Assembly (NCBI GenBank): GCA_036677065.1
Contig: JAKFBS010000001.1
Location: 128,001 to 192,000, forward strand
Length of the DNA: 64,000 nt
From: Bdellovibrio sp.
GTDB taxonomy: Bacteria > Bdellovibrionota > Bdellovibrionia > Bdellovibrionales > Bdellovibrionaceae
Reading direction: 5' to 3'
The notes under the pieces are model-generated. The model was given only the letters and a program-made list of their open reading frames with translations, was not told the origin of the DNA and did no database searches. Made by a program: the position numbers and the translations under genes. Each line of letters begins with the position of its first letter. Within the stretch, counting starts at the first letter, position 1. Shown here piece by piece: positions 12,259-23,219 of the stretch.

Positions 12259-13074
12259 TTACTCAACCAATTTAGAGTTAACATTTACAGGGTATTGCTT
12301 TTTTAATTTAGCGAAAAAATCATCGAATAAAGCTTTTCTTTTTTCGTCAAAAACCGCCATGCGGATTTCACGTTTTGTAGCTTCTTCGTATGAACGTTTG
12401 CCAGTTAATTTAAAGATATGAAATCCAAACGGAGTTTCTACTAAACCAGGAGTTACTTGGTTGATTTTTAATTTAAGTGCAGAATCATAGTACGAAGGCA
12501 CTAAAGTTAAACGCGACTGCCAGCCGATATCACCACCTAAGTTTTTAGTTGTTAAATCATCAGAGTACAAACGAACTAATTCTTCAAATGGACGTTTTGA
12601 TTTTAAAACTTCGCCTAAGATTTCAGTCGCACGTTTTTTAGCTTCTTCGCGCTGTTGAGCGGTAGCGCCTGGCTTAACTTCGATTAAAATATCTGAAACG
12701 CGAATTTGAGGATTTCTTGCGTAGTGTTCTTTCATCTCTTGGTCAGAAACTTTACTTTCCTGAACTTTTTGGCCTAATTCTTTTTCAAGTAAACCTTTGT
12801 AAAGCTCTTGGTTTAAACGGTCTTGAACCATTGGGTCTTTTTCTAGGTTACGCTTTTTAGCTTCTTGTAGACCAATTTCGTATCGAATCAGATCTTCTAA
12901 AAAAAGTTTGCGGCTTGGCATGTTAGTAATTACTTGCGAAGTCACTTCTTTGTACTTTTTGTTGAACTCATCTAGAGTGATTTTTTTATTTCCAACAGTT
13001 GCAACAACGTCAGAACCTTTTTGAGCAAAAGCCGATAAAGAAAAAGCTAGGCCTAATGATAAAATCCATTTCAT
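12259..13074 (-). CDS. Parvulin-type PPIase (PrsA/PpiC-like foldase)
   Basis: Signal peptide MKWILSLGLAFSLSAFA; FEELVRLYSDD, GGDIGW, VETPFGFHIFK. Confidence 0.9.
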   Translation of the reverse strand: MKWILSLGLAFSLSAFAQKGSDVVATVGNKKITLDEFNKKYKEVTSQVITNMPSRKLFLEDLIRYEIGLQEAKKRNLEKDPMVQDRLNQELYKGLLEKELGQKVQESKVSDQEMKEHYARNPQIRVSDILIEVKPGATAQQREEAKKRATEILGEVLKSKRPFEELVRLYSDDLTTKNLGGDIGWQSRLTLVPSYYDSALKLKINQVTPGLVETPFGFHIFKLTGKRSYEEATKREIRMAVFDEKRKALFDDFFAKLKKQYPVNVNSKLVE

Positions 13075-13148
13075 GTCGTAATTCCTTTTAGACGATGTAG
13101 TAGTCCTATATAAAATGATAAGGACTGCCCGAGGACTCGACAATGATT

Positions 13149-13793
13149 TTAAGTTAATTTGGCCGATTGGCTGCGTGCAGCATGGATCTGATTTTTCAGG
13201 GAATTTGCCAATTCAGGAGATCGTGGATCAGTAGTTTTATCGATTGTGAAATTAAACTCTAACCACAACACCGTTAGCTGGGCGAAAGGCTTGGGAAGAT
13301 AAGTTTTGTTCCATGATTTTGGAAAATGCCACGCGCGATCACAAGTAAGTGCGCCAGCAAAAATTGGCGCCTTCATTAAGCGAGCGATTTCAAACACACC
13401 GGGCTTTACTTCATAAATTGGACCCTTAGGACCATCAACAGCCATGCTGCAGTTTGAACCTTCTTTGCAAAACTTAAGTAAGCCCTTAAGTGCGGATACG
13501 CCGCCACGAGTAGCGGAGCCGCGCGAAGTTTTTGCGCCTAACAAATTAAGAACTGTATTCATCATCTCGCCGTCTTTTGACGTCGAAGTCATTGTTGCAA
13601 TTTTATATCTTGAAGCTAATGAAATCAGAGCCAGCTCATCGCCGTGAAAATGCGCCAAGATAAAAGGTTTTTTTTCTTTCATCATGGTTTTCATAGAATC
13701 AGGTTCAATGATGCGAACTTTCCAGGTCATCGACAGTGTTCTGTAAATGACCCAGATAATAAAACCTAGAATAAGGCCGCGAATTTTATGCAT
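13149..13793 (-). CDS. DUF374 / lysophospholipid acyltransferase family protein
   Basis: HG, STSKDGE, RGSATRGG, VDGPKGP, SW.K..LPKPF. Confidence 0.85.
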   Translation of the reverse strand: MHKIRGLILGFIIWVIYRTLSMTWKVRIIEPDSMKTMMKEKKPFILAHFHGDELALISLASRYKIATMTSTSKDGEMMNTVLNLLGAKTSRGSATRGGVSALKGLLKFCKEGSNCSMAVDGPKGPIYEVKPGVFEIARLMKAPIFAGALTCDRAWHFPKSWNKTYLPKPFAQLTVLWLEFNFTIDKTTDPRSPELANSLKNQIHAARSQSAKLT

Positions 13794-13800
13794 TAAAAAA

Positions 13801-14769
13801 TTAGTGGTGAAGAGCTTTTTTAAATTCTTCAGTTAGTTTTGGTAAAATTTCAAACGCATCGCCTACGATACCGTAAGTTGCTTTTTGAAAAATTGGAGCA
13901 TTTGGATCACTGTTAATCGCAACGATCACTTTTGAACCACTCATGCCAGCTAAATGTTGAATCGCGCCAGAAACACCAACAGCAATGTAAAGAGATGGAG
14001 CCACTGTTTTACCAGTTTGACCAACTTGCATACTGTGTGGAACCCAACCAGCATCAACAACTGCGCGTGACGCACCAACTGTTGCACCTAAAACATCTGC
14101 TAAATCATTTAAAAGTTTAAAGTTGCCTGCTTCTTTTAAGCCACGGCCGCCAGAAACGATAACGTTGGCTTCAGTTAAATCTAATTTTTCTGAAGTGCCT
14201 TTAACGATTTGTTTAATAATTGTTTTTAAAGAAGGAGCTGCAAAAGTGTGCTCAGTTGCAGGAGCTGTTTTTGAAGTATCAGCAGCGCCAACAAGCAATT
14301 GATTTGCGCGCATTAAAACGATTTTAATTGCTGAGTTTTCAAAAGTGCCTGTGGCAAAAACTTTTCCAGCGTATAGTGGTTTTTTAACTTTTACATCATC
14401 ACCAGAAATTGTGATTTCAGTGCCGTCAGAAATAACGCCAGCGTTTAACTTTGCAGCTACGCGCGGAAATAAATCTTTAGCTGTTGAACCAGCTGAAGCC
14501 AGAACGATCGTTGCACCTGTTTTTGTAATCACTTCAGAAACTGCAGCCGTAAACAATTCTGGGTTATACATGTCAAAAGAAGCATCTTTGATAAAATGGA
14601 TTTCTTGAGCACCATGGTGAGCAAGTTCTGCGTTTGCAGTTCCAGCTTGCGTACCAAGAGCAAAACCTAAAACTGTGTGACCAGACTTAGCGGCAAATTG
14701 TAAAAGCTCTTGAGAGCTTCTTTTAAGTTTATTGTTTTGAAATTCAGCAAATACTAAAATTTTAGACAT
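13801..14769 (-). CDS. etfA: Electron transfer flavoprotein alpha subunit
   Basis: VSGGRG, GASRAVVDAGW, QVGQTGK, SGAIQHLAGM. Confidence 0.97.
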   Translation of the reverse strand: MSKILVFAEFQNNKLKRSSQELLQFAAKSGHTVLGFALGTQAGTANAELAHHGAQEIHFIKDASFDMYNPELFTAAVSEVITKTGATIVLASAGSTAKDLFPRVAAKLNAGVISDGTEITISGDDVKVKKPLYAGKVFATGTFENSAIKIVLMRANQLLVGAADTSKTAPATEHTFAAPSLKTIIKQIVKGTSEKLDLTEANVIVSGGRGLKEAGNFKLLNDLADVLGATVGASRAVVDAGWVPHSMQVGQTGKTVAPSLYIAVGVSGAIQHLAGMSGSKVIVAINSDPNAPIFQKATYGIVGDAFEILPKLTEEFKKALHH

Positions 14770-14777
14770 ATCGGCTC

Positions 14778-15554
14778 CTACAACACTTTCGCTTCGTCGC
14801 GAAGAAGTTTAATTAATTCAGCAGCTTGTGCCGAAGCATCGCCAGTTAAAAGTTTAACCGCTGGTTTATCAGCAGGTAATGTGAACTGAACATATTTCAC
14901 TTTTTGGTCAGTCGCAGCGATTCCTAAAGTTGAGAACTCAACTTCTTTGATCACTTTCTTTTTGGCTTTCATGATTCCAGGTAAGGATGCATAACGAGGC
15001 ATGTTTAAGCCTTTGTTTGCAGCAATTAGTGAAGGGTTCATCATTTGCACAACTTCTTTAGCTCCGCCTTCAGCATCACGTTCAACTAAAACGCTTTCGC
15101 CTTGGTTTTCAAATTTTGAAACCACAGATGTATGAGGGATTGATAAAAACTCAGCCACCATTTGTGGAACTGAAGATTGGTTAGCATCAATGGCTAATTT
15201 TCCAGTGAAAATTAAATGGGCTCCGCCTTCAGCTTTAATTGTCGCGGCTAAAGCTTTGGCTGTAGAGATAGCATCTAATTTTTCATCAGCATTAATTACG
15301 ATAGCTTCATCAGCGCCCATGGCTAAAGCAGTTCTTAATGATTCAACAGCGCGAGTTTTTGGTCCGGCAGTGATGGCCCATACTTGAGCTGTTGGATTTT
15401 TTTCTTTAAATTTTACAGCTTCTTCTACAGCAAATTCATCGTACGGGTTTAAAACCCATTTGATTCCAGCTGTGTCGATTCCATTTTGGTCAGCGGCAAC
15501 TTTGATTTTTGTTTCAGTGTCTGGCACTTGCTTAATGCACACGAAAATTTTCAT
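14778..15554 (-). CDS. etfB: Electron transfer flavoprotein beta subunit
   Basis: MKIFVCIKQVPD, NPYDEFAVEEA, ALAMGAD, PRYASLPGIMKAKKK; start at 15554. Confidence 0.97.
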   Translation of the reverse strand: MKIFVCIKQVPDTETKIKVAADQNGIDTAGIKWVLNPYDEFAVEEAVKFKEKNPTAQVWAITAGPKTRAVESLRTALAMGADEAIVINADEKLDAISTAKALAATIKAEGGAHLIFTGKLAIDANQSSVPQMVAEFLSIPHTSVVSKFENQGESVLVERDAEGGAKEVVQMMNPSLIAANKGLNMPRYASLPGIMKAKKKVIKEVEFSTLGIAATDQKVKYVQFTLPADKPAVKLLTGDASAQAAELIKLLRDEAKVL

Positions 15555-15756
15555 GCGAAATACCTCGTTTCGGCGAAGCCGAAGGATTAATATTTGTTTA
15601 ATAAATGAACCCATTTGTTCTAGCGCAAGTGCCTGAAATCAGACAGTGAATTATAAAAATAACGTGACGCAAAATTTGGGCGGTAAAGTGAGGCGCAAAG
15701 TGACAATTTGTCGGCGCAAGGTTTATTGTAAGATGAAAACATTATGAGAAGGTGAA

Positions 15757-16428
15757 GTGTCTATGTTTGATTTCGTTAAATCGACAGTTGGTCGAAAATA
15801 CATCATGGGAATCTCTGGCTTGGTGTGGATGGGTTTTGTGCTCGCTCACATGGCGGGAAACATGCTTATTCTAGTGAGCCCTGATTTGTACAATGCTTAT
15901 GGCCATGCCATCGTTTCTAACAAAGCTGTGCTTTATGGTGCTGAATCAGTTTTAGTTTTAGCGCTGATCGTTCACGTAACAACGGCGATTTCATTAACAA
16001 TTGAAAATCGTAGAGCCAAAGGAACTCGTTACGCTGTAAGCGCAAGCGGCGAAAAAGCCGCAACCCTGGCATCGCGAACTATGGGCATGCAAGGCTCTGT
16101 GGTTTTGGCCTTCATCATTTTACACTTAGCCACTTTTAAATATGGAACTCATTACGACACAACTGTAAACGGCGTACAAATGCGCGATTTACATCGTTTG
16201 ATCGTGGAAGTGTTTCAACAACCTGGTTATGTGCTTTGGTATGTTGTAGCCTTAATTTTATTAATGTTCCACCTAAGCCACGGCGCGAGTTCAATTTTCC
16301 AATCTTTTGGTTTCTTAGAGAGAAAAATGCAAAAAGGTTTAAGAAAATTTGCATGGACTTACGCAATTATTGTTGTCGCTGGCTTTTTATCTCAACCCGC
16401 TTATGTATTTTTACTGAGAGGAAAATAA
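15757..16428 (+). CDS. sdhC: Succinate dehydrogenase cytochrome b subunit
   Basis: Five TM segments with heme-ligating His (HMAGN, HV, HL, HLSHG). Confidence 0.92.
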   Translation: MSMFDFVKSTVGRKYIMGISGLVWMGFVLAHMAGNMLILVSPDLYNAYGHAIVSNKAVLYGAESVLVLALIVHVTTAISLTIENRRAKGTRYAVSASGEKAATLASRTMGMQGSVVLAFIILHLATFKYGTHYDTTVNGVQMRDLHRLIVEVFQQPGYVLWYVVALILLMFHLSHGASSIFQSFGFLERKMQKGLRKFAWTYAIIVVAGFLSQPAYVFLLRGK

Positions 16429-16429
16429 T

Positions 16430-18346
16430 ATGTCGTCTAAATTAGATAGCAAAATTCCTAGTGGCTCGATCGACCAAAAATGGACGAAACACAAGTTCGA
16501 CATGAAGTTAATCAATCCAGCAAATAAACGTAAGCATTCGGTTATCGTTATTGGAACTGGTCTTGCTGGCGCGTCTGCGGCGTCGTCGCTGGGTGAACTT
16601 GGTTATAAAGTAAAAGCATTCTGCGTGCATGAATCTCCACGTCGCGCCCATTCAGTGGCGGCACAAGGCGGAATCAATGCTGCAAAAAATTATCAAAATG
16701 ATGGCGATTCAGTTTATCGTTTATTCTATGACACTGTTAAGGGCGGAGACTTTCGTGCGCGCGAAGCCAACGTTCATCGTTTAGCAGAAGTGTCTGTAAA
16801 CATTATCGATCAAGCTGTTGCTTCAGGTGTTCCATTAGCGCGTGAATATGGCGGCTTATTATCAAACCGTTCATTCGGCGGATCACAAGTATCACGCACG
16901 TTCTATGCGCGCGGACAAACTGGTCAGCAATTGTTATTAGGTGCGTACTCTTCAATGATGCGCCAAGTGGATTTAGGAACTGTTGAACTATACACTCGTC
17001 GCGAAATGTTAGATCTAGTTGTCATTGATGGTAAAGCGCGTGGCGTGATTGTCAGAAATTTATTAACTGGCGAAATCGAATCTCATGAAGCAGATGCTGT
17101 AATCGTTGCTTCTGGCGGATATTCAAACGTATTTTATTTATCAACAAACGCGATGGCGTGTGCGGTAACAGCTGCTTGGAAAGCTCATAAAAAAGGAGCG
17201 TTCTTCGCAAACCCTTGTTACACACAAATTCACCCGACTTGTATTCCTGTACACGGTGAAAACCAATCTAAACTTACATTGATGTCTGAATCATTACGTA
17301 ATGACGGTCGTATTTGGGCGCCATTGAAAAAAGGCGACGCTCGCTTAGGAAATGATATTCCAGAATCAGAGCGCGATTACTTCTTAGAGCGCGTTTACCC
17401 AAGCTTTGGTAACCTGGCTCCACGCGACGTAGCTTCGCGCCAGGCTAAATACCGCGTTGATGAAGGTCACGGTGCTTTAGGTGAAAAATCAGTTTTCTTA
17501 GATTTCAAAGACAGTATTAAACGTTTAGGCGAAGATAAAGTAGCTGAGCGCTACGGAAATCTTTTTCAGATGTATGATAAAATCACTGGCGAAAATCCAT
17601 ACAAACAACCGATGAGAATTTTCCCAGCTCCGCATTACACAATGGGCGGCTTGTGGGTAGATTACAATCTTGAATCAACTATTCCTGGTTTATTCGTAGC
17701 TGGCGAAGCGAACTTCTCTGATCACGGTGCAAATCGTTTAGGGGCTTCAGCGTTAATGCAAGGTTTAGCCGATGGATATTTTGTATTGCCGTACACAATC
17801 GGTAACTACATCGCGAATACCAAGTTAGGTAAAGTTGAAACAACAAACGATGCGTTCAAACACGCGGCGAACGAAACACAAACTGAATTGAGCAAATTCT
17901 TAAGCGTTAAAGGTTCAAGATCAGTTGAATCTCTACATAAAGAACTTGGCCACATCATGTGGGAAAAATGCGGTATGGCTCGCGACAAAGCGGGTCTTAC
18001 AGAAGCTATTTCTAAAATTCAGAACTTACGTAAAGAATTCCATTCAAATGTTAATGTTCCTGGCGAAGCTAAAGGCATTAATAATGAATTAGAAAAAGCA
18101 GGCCGCGTAGCAGACTTCATCGAGCTTGGTGAATTAATGTGTCGTGATGCCTTAACTCGTGAAGAATCTTGCGGCGGTCACTTTAGATCTGAATATCAGG
18201 TTGATGGTGAAGCAAAACGTGATGATGAAAAATTCTGTCACGCAGCTGCTTGGGAGTGGAATGGCTCTGCAGATAAAGCACAGAATCGTCACCAAGAAGA
18301 ACTAACTTTCGACAACGTCCATTTGGCGACACGTTCGTATAAATAG
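16430..18346 (+). CDS. sdhA: Succinate dehydrogenase/fumarate reductase flavoprotein
   Basis: [46 protein letters not shown]. Confidence 0.97.
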   Translation: MSSKLDSKIPSGSIDQKWTKHKFDMKLINPANKRKHSVIVIGTGLAGASAASSLGELGYKVKAFCVHESPRRAHSVAAQGGINAAKNYQNDGDSVYRLFYDTVKGGDFRAREANVHRLAEVSVNIIDQAVASGVPLAREYGGLLSNRSFGGSQVSRTFYARGQTGQQLLLGAYSSMMRQVDLGTVELYTRREMLDLVVIDGKARGVIVRNLLTGEIESHEADAVIVASGGYSNVFYLSTNAMACAVTAAWKAHKKGAFFANPCYTQIHPTCIPVHGENQSKLTLMSESLRNDGRIWAPLKKGDARLGNDIPESERDYFLERVYPSFGNLAPRDVASRQAKYRVDEGHGALGEKSVFLDFKDSIKRLGEDKVAERYGNLFQMYDKITGENPYKQPMRIFPAPHYTMGGLWVDYNLESTIPGLFVAGEANFSDHGANRLGASALMQGLADGYFVLPYTIGNYIANTKLGKVETTNDAFKHAANETQTELSKFLSVKGSRSVESLHKELGHIMWEKCGMARDKAGLTEAISKIQNLRKEFHSNVNVPGEAKGINNELEKAGRVADFIELGELMCRDALTREESCGGHFRSEYQVDGEAKRDDEKFCHAAAWEWNGSADKAQNRHQEELTFDNVHLATRSYK

Positions 18347-18358
18347 GCTGAGGAATAT

Positions 18359-19153
18359 ATGGGAATTGCAAAACCAACGATCAATTTAAAATTAAAAGTT
18401 TGGCGCCAAAAAAACAGTAGCTCTAAAGGCGAATTTAAAAATTACGACGCAAAAAACGTATCTCCAGATGCGTCTTTCTTAGAGATGTTAGATGCTGTAA
18501 ATGAAGAGCTGATCAATAAAAACGAAGAGCCAATTTTATTCGACCATGACTGCCGCGAAGGTATTTGTGGAAGCTGCGGTTTCATGATTAACGGAAACGC
18601 GCACGGCCCACAAAAATCAACAACTGTGTGCCAGTTGCACATGCGCGCTTTTAAAGATGGTGAAACATTAGTGCTAGAACCATGGAGAGCATCTGCATTT
18701 CCAATTCTAAAAGACTTAGTTGCTGATCGTTCAGCTTTTGACCGCATTATTAAATCTGGCGGCTACATTTCTGTAAACACGGGTAATGCTCGCGATGCAA
18801 ATAACATTTTAATTCCAAAACCAGACGCTGATGAAGCTATGGCTTCTGCAACCTGCATTGGTTGTGGTGCGTGCGTTGCTTCTTGTAAAAATGCTTCTGC
18901 CGCCCTATTCACTTCTGCAAAAATTCAACATATGGCATTGCTTCCGCAAGGTAAAGTTGAGCGCGCTCAACGTGCACTTGATATGACAGAGCAAATGGAT
19001 GCTGAAGGTTTCGGAGCTTGCTCTACAACAGGATCATGTTCTGTGGCTTGTCCGAAAGATATTTCATTAATTAATATCGCGACAATGAATCGCGAATTAT
19101 TAAAAGCTACGATCACAAAACAAGAAGAACATTCTGGTGGCGGCGACGGCTAG
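18359..19153 (+). CDS. sdhB: Succinate dehydrogenase iron-sulfur subunit
   Basis: [32 protein letters not shown]. Confidence 0.97.
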   Translation: MGIAKPTINLKLKVWRQKNSSSKGEFKNYDAKNVSPDASFLEMLDAVNEELINKNEEPILFDHDCREGICGSCGFMINGNAHGPQKSTTVCQLHMRAFKDGETLVLEPWRASAFPILKDLVADRSAFDRIIKSGGYISVNTGNARDANNILIPKPDADEAMASATCIGCGACVASCKNASAALFTSAKIQHMALLPQGKVERAQRALDMTEQMDAEGFGACSTTGSCSVACPKDISLINIATMNRELLKATITKQEEHSGGGDG

Positions 19154-20094
19154 TGAAAGACTTTATTAAGATCTTTTTAGTTTTAATTACAGTAGTAGTG
19201 GCCTTTGTATTTGGCCGCAGCTACGGCGAACAATCGATCTTAGAGTCTAAAGAATTTAAAGATAACAAAAGCAGTCAGGCTGAAAATGCACGCGCCGAAG
19301 AAGAACTGAAACTTATGAAAGATAAGTTTCAAAGCTTACTAGATAGCGCGGATTTAAAAAAAGCCGACGAAGTTTACGGTAAAATGATGACTTTGTTTTT
19401 AGTCGATCTTGGCCTACGCATTTCAGAGCAACAGCAAAAAGATTTAGACGCTGGCAAGTCACAACTCTTAATTTGTGCGGCTCAATCAGGGCAATCCCCA
19501 GCTATAAAACCGCCCCAAGCCCCGGCTCAAGCTTCTATTCCTAAAACATTGCCCGAAGAAGCAGAAGAGGCTCCTAAAGCACCGAAGTTTTCTCAAGTAG
19601 CGCCCGGGCGATTTAAATCTACAGAATGGACTCTTGTTAATAGCAACTCAAATTCAGAAATTTTAAAAAATCTTGAAAAAGTAAAGTTAACTAATATAGA
19701 TGCTTTCTTGGTCGCGGCTCCTGAAACGCCATTTTCAAATTTACAAAAATACTATGGAACATTTCGCGGCCGTGTAGCTGCCGTTGATGGTTCAAATTAT
19801 GGTTCATTGGTTATGACGATTGGTCCGCATGCAGAAAAAGCCGATAATGTTTCTGGTGAAGTGCAATTTTATCGTGGTGGCAAAGCCGAATCGACGTCTA
19901 CTTTCAATGGCGCCACTTGGGGGTATACACCGACGGGTTACCAAGGAAATATGGTTAGCATGGGTGGAAGATTTTTACAGATTTATAAAATTGAATCCGC
20001 AGATAAAATTGCCGGAAATTTCTATGAACGTCTTCCCAACGGCACAACAAAACTTATCGGAAGCTTTGTTTTAAATCGTACTGATCGTATTTAG
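19153..20094 (+). CDS. Hypothetical membrane-anchored protein
   Basis: N-terminal TM helix, coiled region, Pro-rich linker, beta-rich C-terminal domain; start overlaps the sdhB stop. Confidence 0.75.
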   Translation: MKDFIKIFLVLITVVVAFVFGRSYGEQSILESKEFKDNKSSQAENARAEEELKLMKDKFQSLLDSADLKKADEVYGKMMTLFLVDLGLRISEQQQKDLDAGKSQLLICAAQSGQSPAIKPPQAPAQASIPKTLPEEAEEAPKAPKFSQVAPGRFKSTEWTLVNSNSNSEILKNLEKVKLTNIDAFLVAAPETPFSNLQKYYGTFRGRVAAVDGSNYGSLVMTIGPHAEKADNVSGEVQFYRGGKAESTSTFNGATWGYTPTGYQGNMVSMGGRFLQIYKIESADKIAGNFYERLPNGTTKLIGSFVLNRTDRI

Positions 20095-20543
20095 TTTTCT
20101 ATACAAGTCGGCAATTCATCAGCAGAAAATTTAAGAACGACATCTTTATCTAAGGGCAAAACCGTTTTGCTTGAATTATATTTTTGTATAACTTTAACGC
20201 CCGCGACTCCAACTGATAAATTAGAAAACGAACCCCCGCGTAAAACTTCCTGTTTAATTTCTAGATATGGAAACCCAGAAAGTAGCGTAGAGTCTTGTAA
20301 AGCTTGTGTGGCGCGCATTTCAAAAGAACCAGAAAAATCTTTTTTGGTTTCATGAGTAACTACATCAATAACGTTCATCGGGCGGTATCCCTTAGTCATT
20401 AAGGCTTCAGTGATTTCGTCAGGCGTGGTGTTTGGAACAATTAAACTGCAACCTTTCACTTGGTAAGCCCCGATTTGACTGGCGAAAGCCGAAAGTGAAA
20501 TTAAGCAACTGGCCACGATATAAAATTTAAATAAATTTTTCAT
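20091..20543 (-). CDS. Hypothetical secreted protein
   Basis: Signal peptide MKNLFKFYIVASCLISLSAFA from ATG 20543. Confidence 0.7.
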   Translation of the reverse strand: MKNLFKFYIVASCLISLSAFASQIGAYQVKGCSLIVPNTTPDEITEALMTKGYRPMNVIDVVTHETKKDFSGSFEMRATQALQDSTLLSGFPYLEIKQEVLRGGSFSNLSVGVAGVKVIQKYNSSKTVLPLDKDVVLKFSADELPTCIEN

Positions 20544-20823
20544 ACATAGAGAGGGTGCAAAAAGCCTCGCGTTTTTGAATCGCATATCGCTGAGGTGAAT
20601 GTACCATTTTGAGACGGCTCACTAATGACACGACAGCCACAGCCGCAACTTGTTACACAGATTTAAATTTATTTTTAAACTTACTAACCTTTAAAAATCG
20701 CGTCATCCGTCTCACTTACGTACGTTAGTTCAGGAAGAACTAAACACAACGATGATTTGCACCCTGACAAAAGTCTACATTCCTGGACCTATTCTGACGA
20801 AGAGAATCATAGGTAGGGTGCAA

Positions 20824-21066
20824 ATGAAAAAAGCCAGCGATTTATTGAAAGAAATGGGATTCAACCAAAATGCCCCCGTTGCAACGCAAGAAGCATTTTT
20901 GAAACATCTTATCAAAGCCGCTACGGGAGCCAATGTTGTGACTCCGACCGAGAAAAAAATTATCCAAGAAAACCCCGATAAAATCGTACAATTTCCGAAA
21001 CAATTATCTTTTGATTTTGTCGACGAAGAAAACTTAGCGCCTGCGAAAAAATCCAAAAAGGCGTAA
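20824..21066 (+). CDS. Small hypothetical protein
   Basis: G-rich SD-like sequence before ATG 20824; MKKASDLLKEMGF...QLSFDF. Confidence 0.65.
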   Translation: MKKASDLLKEMGFNQNAPVATQEAFLKHLIKAATGANVVTPTEKKIIQENPDKIVQFPKQLSFDFVDEENLAPAKKSKKA

Positions 21067-21194
21067 CAATAAATTTTATTAAATGCTAGTTTTCCCCTAG
21101 CCGTTTTGCCAGTTTCAGTCTGGAACCAACAACTAGACTGTTTAGTAAACAAGCACGTGCTAATATTTTTCGTAAGTTAAGGGGAAACACCACC

Positions 21195-22826
21195 ATGAAA
21201 AAGAATTTTTCTAAAGTAGGCGCAGTAGCGGCGACAATGATGTTAGCTATCACTGCAAACGCAAAATTTACAACTGAGTCTGTACCGGGCGAATTTGTTG
21301 TAAAATTAAAACCAGGAATGATGCGCTTATCAACGCAATCACTTTCTACACAGCTTAATGGGTTTGTAACTCAAAAGATTTCTGGACAAGACATTGTCGT
21401 AGTTAAAAAAGCTGTATTTCAAACTAATGATTCAGCAATTAAATCATTAAATGAAAATCCAATGGTTGAGATCGCAGAACCAAATTTCATTTACAAAATT
21501 AACAAAGCTCCAACTGATCCAATGTATTTACAAACTTGGGGTTTAGGTAACGTTGGCCAGGCAGATCCAAAAAATCAAGTTGGTGTTGCTGGAATCGATA
21601 TCAATGCAGAGCGCGCTTGGGAAATCCAAACAGGAACTCGCGAAAAGATTATTGCGATCATCGATACAGGTATTGATCACACTCACCCTGATTTAGTTGA
21701 TAATATGTGGCAAAATGAAGCTGAAGCAAACGGAACAGCTGGCGTAGATGATGATAACAACGGTGTTGTTGATGATATCTATGGTTACAATGCTATTAAT
21801 AATTCTGGTAATTCAAAAGATGACCAAGGTCACGGTTCTCACTGTGCCGGAACAATCGGAGCTCGCGCAAATAACGGTATCGGCGTTGCTGGTGTAAACT
21901 GGAATGTTCGCATGATGTCAGTTAAATTTTTAGATGCTGGTGGATCTGGTTCTTTAGCTGATGCTATCAAAGCTATCGACTACGCAACTAAAATGGGTGC
22001 GCATGTAATGTCGAACTCTTGGGGCGGCGGCGGATTTTCGCAAACTCTATTAGATGCTATCGAACGTTCAAATGCAGCTGGCGCGATCTTTATCGCAGCA
22101 GCAGGTAATGAGTATAACAATAATGATAACTCACCTACTTACCCATCTACATACCAAGCAACAAACGTAATGTCGGTTGCAGCGATTGATAATCGTGGTG
22201 CTAAAGCAGATTTTTCTAACTATGGTAAAAAGACAGTTCATTTAGGAGCTCCTGGTGTGAATGTTATGTCGACTACTGGTGGTTCTTATAAATCTTACTC
22301 TGGAACTTCAATGGCAACCCCACACGTTGCTGGTGTTGCCGCTTTATTATGGGCAAATGAGCCAAACTTAACTGCTGCTGAAGTAAAAGCAAGATTAGTT
22401 GCTACGGTTAGACCTTTAGCTTCTATGAAAGGTAAAACTAGAACTGGCGGTATGGTTGATGCTTACGGTGCTTTAACAAACACACAAGCTCCACCTGATG
22501 CAAATGATCCATCTAACTGGGCAACAGTTTCTATGGATTTCAAATCTGAGTCTCCGTACAAACCAAACACAAACCAAGTGTTTGAAGTTTCGGTTCCGGG
22601 CGCGAAAGAATTCGCAGTTTACTTTGAAAAATTTAATGTTGAATCTGGCTATGACTTCGTAACTATTTACGATTCAAAAGGAACTAAAGTTCAAACCTTA
22701 ACTGGTTCATTAGACGAGTCTTTTTCAATGACGATTACTGGCGAATCAGCTCGTATCGAATTTAAATCAGACAAATCAGTTGAAAAATCTGGTTGGACAA
22801 TTACAAAAGCTGCTTACAGACAGTAA
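21195..22826 (+). CDS. Secreted S8 subtilisin-like serine protease with C-terminal CUB-like domain
   Basis: Triad AIIDTG / HGSHCAG / SGTSMATPHVAG; C-terminal ESGYDFV..FKSD.SV..SGW. Confidence 0.95.
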   Translation: MKKNFSKVGAVAATMMLAITANAKFTTESVPGEFVVKLKPGMMRLSTQSLSTQLNGFVTQKISGQDIVVVKKAVFQTNDSAIKSLNENPMVEIAEPNFIYKINKAPTDPMYLQTWGLGNVGQADPKNQVGVAGIDINAERAWEIQTGTREKIIAIIDTGIDHTHPDLVDNMWQNEAEANGTAGVDDDNNGVVDDIYGYNAINNSGNSKDDQGHGSHCAGTIGARANNGIGVAGVNWNVRMMSVKFLDAGGSGSLADAIKAIDYATKMGAHVMSNSWGGGGFSQTLLDAIERSNAAGAIFIAAAGNEYNNNDNSPTYPSTYQATNVMSVAAIDNRGAKADFSNYGKKTVHLGAPGVNVMSTTGGSYKSYSGTSMATPHVAGVAALLWANEPNLTAAEVKARLVATVRPLASMKGKTRTGGMVDAYGALTNTQAPPDANDPSNWATVSMDFKSESPYKPNTNQVFEVSVPGAKEFAVYFEKFNVESGYDFVTIYDSKGTKVQTLTGSLDESFSMTITGESARIEFKSDKSVEKSGWTITKAAYRQ

Positions 22827-22897
22827 TTTAATCCGATTAGTTTGTTTGCTGGATTTACGAATAGTTTTTCCAGCGAAATTCAGATAAATTCGAATTC

Positions 22898-22935
22898 AAA
22901 AAAATTGCAAAGCTAAAACTTTGCAATTTTTTTTT
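22898..22935 (+). terminator. Bidirectional terminator after the protease gene
   Basis: A-run-TTGCAAAG-ctaaaa-CTTTGCAA-T-run. Confidence 0.75.
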
Positions 22936-22955
22936 GCACGAAGCAGGTTGAAAGT

Positions 22956-23159
22956 ATGAAAAAACATATTACACAACTCGTTCTTGTTTCAATAATGATA
23001 TTTACGCAAAGCTGCGCCGACTATGGACTTGGCGGTAACACAGATACAGCCAACACCCTAATGACCAAACCCTATCCGCCATTAGAATCTTCTGACGGTA
23101 ATATTAAGTTATTTCGAAGCCAAAGATTTTCTATACAGGACTTCCGGAGAGCTTTTTAA
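22956..23159 (+). CDS. Short lipoprotein-like ORF, possibly a remnant
   Basis: Signal with lipobox-like TQSC; only 67 aa. Confidence 0.45.
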   Translation: MKKHITQLVLVSIMIFTQSCADYGLGGNTDTANTLMTKPYPPLESSDGNIKLFRSQRFSIQDFRRAF

Positions 23160-23219
23160 ACAAAGTCCTCTCTAGGGGAAAAATAGGTGTTATATTTAAA
23201 ACTTCACCAGGAGTTAAGT

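Noticed and set aside
15660..15722. GACAATTTGTC palindrome and GCGCAA repeats between etfB and sdhC
   Set aside because: Plausible regulator sites, but too short to assign or tell from chance
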